Assembly (NCBI GenBank): GCA_021498095.1
Contig: JAIZWK010000001.1
Location: 3,210,001-3,242,000 of the forward strand
Direction of reading: 5' to 3'
Length of the DNA: 32,000 bases
DNA from: Candidatus Harpocratesius repetitus
Lineage (GTDB): Archaea > Asgardarchaeota > Lokiarchaeia > Sigyniarchaeales > Promethearchaeaceae
The notes under the pieces are model-generated. The model was not told the origin of the DNA. It made no database searches and worked only from the letters and a program-made list of their open reading frames with translations. Below, in pieces: positions 26,370 to 32,000 of the stretch (its first letter is position 1; each line of letters starts with the position of its first letter). The position numbers and the translations under genes are program-made.

Positions 26370-27752
26370 TTATAGAATTTCTGAAGATAAGCGTAATCCT
26401 TTAAATTTAATATAAGGAACTTTTGCATTCATTACTAAGCGTGTTTCTTTAGAAACTTCATCGATATTATTAAGCATTTCATAGAAATTTCCAGAAATAA
26501 TTCCTCCTCTAATAGGTGTGGTTAATTGCCCATTTTCAATCATATAAGCATTATCAATAGAAGCACCAAAATCGCCACTAATAGCATTAGGATGAAGCCA
26601 AGGAAAGTTTATTACTAAAATTGCTCTTCTACAATCTTCTACAATTTCACGCAACTGGCGTTTACCCGGCTCAACAACTAAATTGTTTATCTCAATACTA
26701 ATAGATCCACCACGTTTAGGTTTCAATTGAGCATTTCCAGTCGATTTTCTATTTAGCAATGTGGCATATTTTTGATCAAATAAATAATGCTCCATTATTC
26801 CTTTATTAATAATCACAGTTCGTTGTTTTGGATTCCCCTCTGAATCCCAAGCTGAAGTATTCAAACCACCCTCAATTAATCCATCATCGATTAATGTGAA
26901 GAAATTTACTGCAACTTGTTTTTGACAATGAAATTTTGATAATTTTTCATAAAAGGCTCGTGCTGATGCTGCATAGCCAACAGTTGTTAAAAGCCCTTTT
27001 CTTACTAATTCAGGTGCGAAAATTACATCAATCATTTCATTTTTTTGTGGAGGTTGAGCATTTAAAGCATCTTTAGCTCGTGTAGCCCATTCAGGAACTA
27101 ATTGATCAAAATTTAAATCCCTTGCAAGTTTAACATAACCACGAGGCCAATATTCCGCAATCTTTCCTTCTTTTTCTGCTTTAAATGAAAATTCATAAGA
27201 AAAATTACTTGATTTCTTTAATTTTTTAAATCCATTGCTGTTAATAAGCATTTTTTGCTTTCGAAAATAACGAAAATGACCTGAGGTTGTTTTTGCAGGG
27301 ATAATTTCTCGAAGATTTTGTTGAATCTCTTTTCCTTTACTTTCAAGAAATGAAACGGGATCTTCCCAAATATTTTTATCATAAGTAATAGGATCAGCAT
27401 AAGATTTACCTGGAGATACTAAATCATATTTTGGTTCGATATTAAATTGAGTCAGGGCTTTAGCTTGTTGAATTGCTTTTTGAATTTGGGAAGGACTTGT
27501 TGCATTTAGATTTATTGAGCCAACACCCATGCTATTTGCATCGATATCTTGAAAAACGCGGATAAAATATGAGAGATTACAATAGTTAGTTTGTTCTTCA
27601 ATATCTGTTTTTCTATAATGGATTCCATTGATACGTTCATGATATAAATATATATCCCATTTTGTGATATTTGCCTTTTTTATTTCCCGTTCAATTACTT
27701 GGGCTAAGTTTTCAATGGAATAAAGCGGATAAGATTTATCGTCATAATTCAT
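26370..27752 (-). CDS. pmbA: PmbA/TldE-family protein
   Basis: TLIDDG...WDSEGNPKQRTVIINKG, STGNA, NAISGDFG; no HExxH, as expected for PmbA; directly downstream of tldD. Confidence 0.85.
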   Translation of the reverse strand: MNYDDKSYPLYSIENLAQVIEREIKKANITKWDIYLYHERINGIHYRKTDIEEQTNYCNLSYFIRVFQDIDANSMGVGSINLNATSPSQIQKAIQQAKALTQFNIEPKYDLVSPGKSYADPITYDKNIWEDPVSFLESKGKEIQQNLREIIPAKTTSGHFRYFRKQKMLINSNGFKKLKKSSNFSYEFSFKAEKEGKIAEYWPRGYVKLARDLNFDQLVPEWATRAKDALNAQPPQKNEMIDVIFAPELVRKGLLTTVGYAASARAFYEKLSKFHCQKQVAVNFFTLIDDGLIEGGLNTSAWDSEGNPKQRTVIINKGIMEHYLFDQKYATLLNRKSTGNAQLKPKRGGSISIEINNLVVEPGKRQLREIVEDCRRAILVINFPWLHPNAISGDFGASIDNAYMIENGQLTTPIRGGIISGNFYEMLNNIDEVSKETRLVMNAKVPYIKFKGLRLSSEIL

Positions 27753-27767
27753 ATTAATTCCTCCAAT

Positions 27768-29153
27768 TTATCCTGGGCTAACAAAACTACGGTGAGCTTT
27801 TATGTAAACTCCTCCATATGTCACTGGTACCCATTCATCTAAGCCTTTTCTACTATTAATTCCAGAAAATTGAATTGGTCCCTTTGAAACTGCATCGATG
27901 GATAAAAATAAATCTCTTGCTTGTCCAGAAATTGCTACACCCTTGACGCGTTTCTTTAATTCTCCATTTTCAATTAAATATCCAGAAATAGAATTACATT
28001 GCACAGAACCATCAAATTCTTCTATACCATAATCCCCATTCTCAACCAACAAACCATATTGTATTTCGCTGATCATTTCCTCTAGAGTATAATCTCCTGG
28101 TTCTATAAATGTATTTGAGTTTCTGGGGTAAATTGGATGCAAGAAATTTTGTCGTCTTCCATTACCGAATAAAGCGTCGGGCATATCTAACATAGTTGCA
28201 GTAATTCTTGAATGTAAATAGTGTGTTAGAATTCCATTTTCAACCAATGGTGTTTTTTTATTTAAAATTCCCTCATCATCAAAATAATAATTCCCATATG
28301 CACCAGTTTGGGCAGAATCACTAATATTTACTAAATCTGAAGCGACAGGAAGATTAAAATAGCGTTTCCAATAACTTCGATCTTCAACAATGGTGTCCGC
28401 TTGAACGCCGTGCCCAAAAATTGCATGTGCTAACATACCTGCTACAGAAGGATCACATATTATGGGTAAAACTCCGCTGGGAGGTAAATCTGCTTGAGCG
28501 ATTTCAATTGAATCTTTAACAAATGATTGAATTTGTTCTTGAGTTAAAGAATTAAAGATTTCCCAACCACCTTGACCACTGACACTCATTTTATTTGAAT
28601 CTACTTTACCATTGGATTTTACAACAGAAATTAGTTGAATCCCTAATCGAGGTAAAACTTGTCGCAATCTACTTCCTTCAGTATTTAAAAAAATTCTTTC
28701 TTGAATTGAATCTTGAAAATTAATGAATACATTTCTAATTTGAGAATCTTGAGTAAATATTTCTTTATATAATGAATTAATTTGATTAATTTTTTCTTGA
28801 ATTGGAATCGCTGTGAAATCTTGCTTCATTGAAAATTCTTTATCAAATTCATTTTTTGGAGAAGGAATTAACTGAATATCGGGGAAATAATCCAATTTTG
28901 GAAGAATTTGTTTTACTTGAGACTTTAAACGAAAAATATCTGGATGAGAGATCTCAAAATACTTTTTTCCATTAAATATCCGAAAAACAAAACCTCGCAT
29001 CTTCGGCTTAACATTAGATGAAGTACCACTTTTTGATTGTTTTATGGTTAAAACTGCCATAGAATCAAAAAGAATATCTGCATAAAAATGGGACGGAACC
29101 GAATGAATAATATCTTCCATGTGCGCAATGATTTCTTCTTTTGTATGAATCAC
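27768..29153 (-). CDS. tldD: TldD-family protein with a degenerate metalloprotease site
   Basis: FDDEG...PLVENGIL..YLHSR, GNGRRQNF...PRNSNTFIEPG; HAIFGH replaces HExxGH. The GTG start is preceded by GGTGA. Confidence 0.85.
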   Translation of the reverse strand: MIHTKEEIIAHMEDIIHSVPSHFYADILFDSMAVLTIKQSKSGTSSNVKPKMRGFVFRIFNGKKYFEISHPDIFRLKSQVKQILPKLDYFPDIQLIPSPKNEFDKEFSMKQDFTAIPIQEKINQINSLYKEIFTQDSQIRNVFINFQDSIQERIFLNTEGSRLRQVLPRLGIQLISVVKSNGKVDSNKMSVSGQGGWEIFNSLTQEQIQSFVKDSIEIAQADLPPSGVLPIICDPSVAGMLAHAIFGHGVQADTIVEDRSYWKRYFNLPVASDLVNISDSAQTGAYGNYYFDDEGILNKKTPLVENGILTHYLHSRITATMLDMPDALFGNGRRQNFLHPIYPRNSNTFIEPGDYTLEEMISEIQYGLLVENGDYGIEEFDGSVQCNSISGYLIENGELKKRVKGVAISGQARDLFLSIDAVSKGPIQFSGINSRKGLDEWVPVTYGGVYIKAHRSFVSPG

Positions 29154-29383
29154 TAAATCACCGTGCCTATATAATGTAGAATATTAAGCCTTACCTTAAG
29201 AGCTTTTTTTGTATTTTCAATAATCATGTTTTATACTTGTAAATGAAAAAGGTAAGTTAAATCTTTAATTAAAAAATAATTTAATTTAGTCTCATTATTC
29301 ATTTATAAGGGAATTGTGACTCTTAATTGAGGGTATTTTAAATTTCAAAGATTCGAAGTTTTTCATTTTATCATTTTAATTCT

Positions 29384-29585
29384 TCCGACTCAAATCTAAA
29401 ATATTTTTCCTTATTTTTTGTCGATTTTACCAAGGTGCCAAATTTAAGATATGTAATTCAAAAATTATAATAAAATCGATATCAGATTGAAGAATTTATA
29501 AACAGGATGATAAATTTTTAATAAATTTTTTGAAAAAATCGAGTTCGACAAAAAAAGAATTGCGATATTTCAGATATAAGTCGGA
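29384..29585. repeat. 41-bp imperfect inverted repeat (30/41 identical, ungapped) flanking a 120-bp AT-rich spacer
   Basis: Arms 29384-29424 and 29545-29585 share the TCCGACT and TTTTTTGTCGA ends; the spacer is about 80% AT. Confidence 0.75.
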
Positions 29586-29693
29586 TATATATGAATGATA
29601 TTCAAAAAAGCGTTTAAATTAAAAAAGATAAAATATCCTCAATTATATTTATCATTAAATAATTAATTTAATAGTGAAAAAAGAATTCACTCA

Positions 29694-30539
29694 TTGGTAA
29701 AAATAAAACCGAAAAATGGGGAACTTACAACGAAACCTTACAGAAATCCTAAAGAAAAAACAAATGCATTTAAATCTATAATCAAAAAATTTCCAGAACC
29801 CCAAAAAAAATATAAAAGAAATGTGAGATCAAAACAAAATGGTTATGTTTTTTCCTTAGCGGGAGTTCATGGAGTGGGAAAAACGACAATATATGAAATT
29901 CTCAAAACAAAATTCAGTGAGTTCCACAATATTAGATTATATCCTGAGCGTTTGCGATCTGTTCCACCTGTTCCATTTGGGTCAAAAAATAAGCAGACTG
30001 CTTTTAGGGCTGAACTTCATTACCAACAACAAATGATTGAACGAAATCGCTTAGTTGAAAAATTTGTGAGTAATCAACGAGATCATATTGCCATTCTCGA
30101 TCGCAGCCCCCTTTCAACCTTGGTTTATGCTCTAGCCCTTAATTTACCCAAAATAGATTATGAATTAATATACGACACTTATAATTCAGTCTCTTGGCAG
30201 AAGGACTATGTAATTTACTTATATGCTGAGCCAAAAACAGTTATGAATAGAATATATCGACGAGGTTCGTTGGATCCTCAACGTGAAAAATGGAATGAAG
30301 ATGATTTTAAATATCTTTTAAGAGTACTCAATAAATATTCTGAAATTTTTGAAAATTTCAAGTTAGCATCGAAAAAGAGATTAATTAAAGTAAATACAGA
30401 AAAAAGCACACCTCACGAGACTGTCGAGCAAATTATTCAAATAATTTCTGAAAAATCAGGAATCAGATTAAGAAATGTAAGTATTATTCCCAACAATCAA
30501 AAAAAATTAACTCATTGGCTAAATACTTCATTATATTAA
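29694..30539 (+). CDS. Thymidylate/deoxynucleoside-kinase-like P-loop NMP kinase with a basic N-terminal extension
   Basis: LAGVHGVGKTT, ILDRSPLSTLVY, IYLYAEPKTVMNRIYRRG. Confidence 0.75.
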   Translation: MVKIKPKNGELTTKPYRNPKEKTNAFKSIIKKFPEPQKKYKRNVRSKQNGYVFSLAGVHGVGKTTIYEILKTKFSEFHNIRLYPERLRSVPPVPFGSKNKQTAFRAELHYQQQMIERNRLVEKFVSNQRDHIAILDRSPLSTLVYALALNLPKIDYELIYDTYNSVSWQKDYVIYLYAEPKTVMNRIYRRGSLDPQREKWNEDDFKYLLRVLNKYSEIFENFKLASKKRLIKVNTEKSTPHETVEQIIQIISEKSGIRLRNVSIIPNNQKKLTHWLNTSLY

Positions 30540-30560
30540 TAATAAAAACAAAAAAAGACT

Positions 30561-30610
30561 CTTATCTCTATTTTTCTCTATTTATATCTCATTTTCTCTA
30601 TTTATCTCTC
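30561..30610. repeat. Five degenerate 10-bp tandem units between convergent genes
   Basis: cttatctcta tttttctcta tttatatctc attttctcta tttatctctc. Confidence 0.7.
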
Positions 30611-31894
30611 ATCTTCTTCAGGAATTATGCCAAATGACATCTCTAAAATTTGGTTTATTTCTTCCATTGGAAGTGAAAGATAATGAAAAGAAAGATCACT
30701 TCTATCTTTAAATTCAGTTTTAACTAAATTAGAACTATTTTTCTTTTTATTAAAATGGCTGCGTTGTAAAATTTGAGCACGTGTTATATTTTCGAATCTT
30801 TGCTGAAATTCTCTCGAATGAAGAGTAAATCCCATCTCATCTGCTGTCATTTGATATGCGTTTTTGATTTCAATGTTTGAAATATAATAATTGTTTGGAT
30901 TTTTGAAGTAATTTACTAAATAGTCTAAAAATAATCTTTCTTCCAAACTAGTTCGCATTATATAATCTGTCATGGCTAAAGTATCAATGGAAACTCCCTC
31001 AAAATAATATTGAGAAATTTTTCTTATATCTTCGGGAAGTAGTTCCCCTTGTTCTTCAACTATTGGATAAACCCGTTTCAGTAAATTAATACAACTTCCA
31101 GGAACTTTTGTTCCGTATTCAATAATATAATCAACTAAAAGTTTGATTGCTTCAGGTTCTAAGAAATTATGAAAAGCCATAATCGATCTTTGGCTTGTAA
31201 TCTCATATAATTCCGAATTACTAAAAGTATTTAAATGAATTCGATGATCTAGTTGAGTATATTGATTAAATGCATAAAATCGGTTTCCAGTATCAATAGA
31301 AGTAAAAACATGCAAATTCTCAGTTTTCTTGGCAAAATTTAATATTTTTCTAATAATTCCCTCTTCAATATATTCAATTCGTTGAAGATATAGAATAATT
31401 GGTCTTGCACACCTTTGAACAAGAAATTTAAAGGTATTCCATAAAGAGATGGCATCCCATTGAATACTTTCTGTTAAATTAACTTGAGAATCTAGCTTAC
31501 TATTTAGATTATGCAATATTTCAAACAATAACTGCCCCAATTCTTGATCTCTGCAATCATTTGAAATAATAATGGGAATATCTAAGCAGTTCTCGCTATT
31601 TATTGTCTGAGACTCATACCATTGGAAGATTAAATTTATAAGAAGATTCTTTCCTGCTCCTTGAAGCCCATAAAGAGTCAAATTTGTAGCATATTCATCT
31701 TCTAAAGCATCTTTTAAAATCCCATATATAAGTTCACTCTTTTTTCGGCGGGGTACAATTTTTGGAGGAATAAAATTTGAGTTGAAGATTGCACGAGGCC
31801 CAATATAACTTGGAATGGAAGCATCAGCAATAGAATTCAAAAAATCGGCGAAGCTTAAAGAAGCTATTGCAGATAAATTCATTTCATGAGACAT
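30602..31894 (-). CDS. Orc1/Cdc6-like AAA+ and winged-helix protein with degenerate ATPase motifs
   Basis: FNSNFIPPKIVPR N-terminal motif, YGLQGAGKN, ILYLQRIE at the Walker B position, FSNSELYEITSQR, C-terminal wH. Confidence 0.75.
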   Translation of the reverse strand: MSHEMNLSAIASLSFADFLNSIADASIPSYIGPRAIFNSNFIPPKIVPRRKKSELIYGILKDALEDEYATNLTLYGLQGAGKNLLINLIFQWYESQTINSENCLDIPIIISNDCRDQELGQLLFEILHNLNSKLDSQVNLTESIQWDAISLWNTFKFLVQRCARPIILYLQRIEYIEEGIIRKILNFAKKTENLHVFTSIDTGNRFYAFNQYTQLDHRIHLNTFSNSELYEITSQRSIMAFHNFLEPEAIKLLVDYIIEYGTKVPGSCINLLKRVYPIVEEQGELLPEDIRKISQYYFEGVSIDTLAMTDYIMRTSLEERLFLDYLVNYFKNPNNYYISNIEIKNAYQMTADEMGFTLHSREFQQRFENITRAQILQRSHFNKKKNSSNLVKTEFKDRSDLSFHYLSLPMEEINQILEMSFGIIPEEDER

Positions 31895-32000
31895 TACATT
31901 TTATGGTAACTATATCTATTTAAAGATCGAGAAAGAGAGAGTTCAATGAAAGTAAAAATAATAGGACTAAATTTCATCTGAAATCTTTGAAATACTAACC

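Noticed and set aside
1921-27400. Other short track ORFs (1921, 4505, 5684, 13133, 13905, 17376, 17930, 20846, 21231, 23980, 25781, 27218)
   Set aside because: All are nested in or antisense to well-supported genes and have no recognisable motifs.
29154-29693. Canonical ORB-type origin, tRNA or small ORF in the large intergenic gap
   Set aside because: No ORB consensus or G-string, no cloverleaf and no credible ORF; only the inverted repeat is retained as a finding.

Overview
AT-rich archaeal chromosomal window, very probably from an Asgard archaeon (Lokiarchaeia/Promethearchaeota-like). This is inferred from archaeal informational genes (Rpl35Ae, XPD, PAC2, Orc1/Cdc6-like) together with eukaryotic-signature-type proteins (two Rag-like small GTPases with roadblock-like tails, a Vps23/TSG101 steadiness-box protein, a V4R/Bet3-fold pair). 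The left end holds two toxin-antitoxin modules; the rest is mixed housekeeping. Main observations: (1) a gene missed by the ORF track, 22095->21748 (-), with an in-frame UGA in a G-U-C-G motif (HesB-like/CC-Se selenoprotein), followed directly by a eukaryote-style SECIS-like hairpin with a variant core; (2) a threonine-synthase-fold protein lacking the PLP Schiff-base lysine, fused to a winged helix, directly upstream of an HmpT/PdxU2-like ECF S-component (candidate vitamin B6 sensor-regulator); (3) a Zn-finger/coiled-coil/PH/Asn-rich IDR/steadiness-box ESCRT-I-like protein; (4) other apparent pseudoenzymes (TldD, Cdc6-like), a TIM with a remodelled catalytic loop 6, a kinase with a duplicated N-lobe, and a 41-bp inverted repeat around an AT-rich spacer near the cdc6-like gene. 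No rRNA, tRNA, CRISPR array or transposase was recognised. All family calls come from motif recognition by eye, not database searches.
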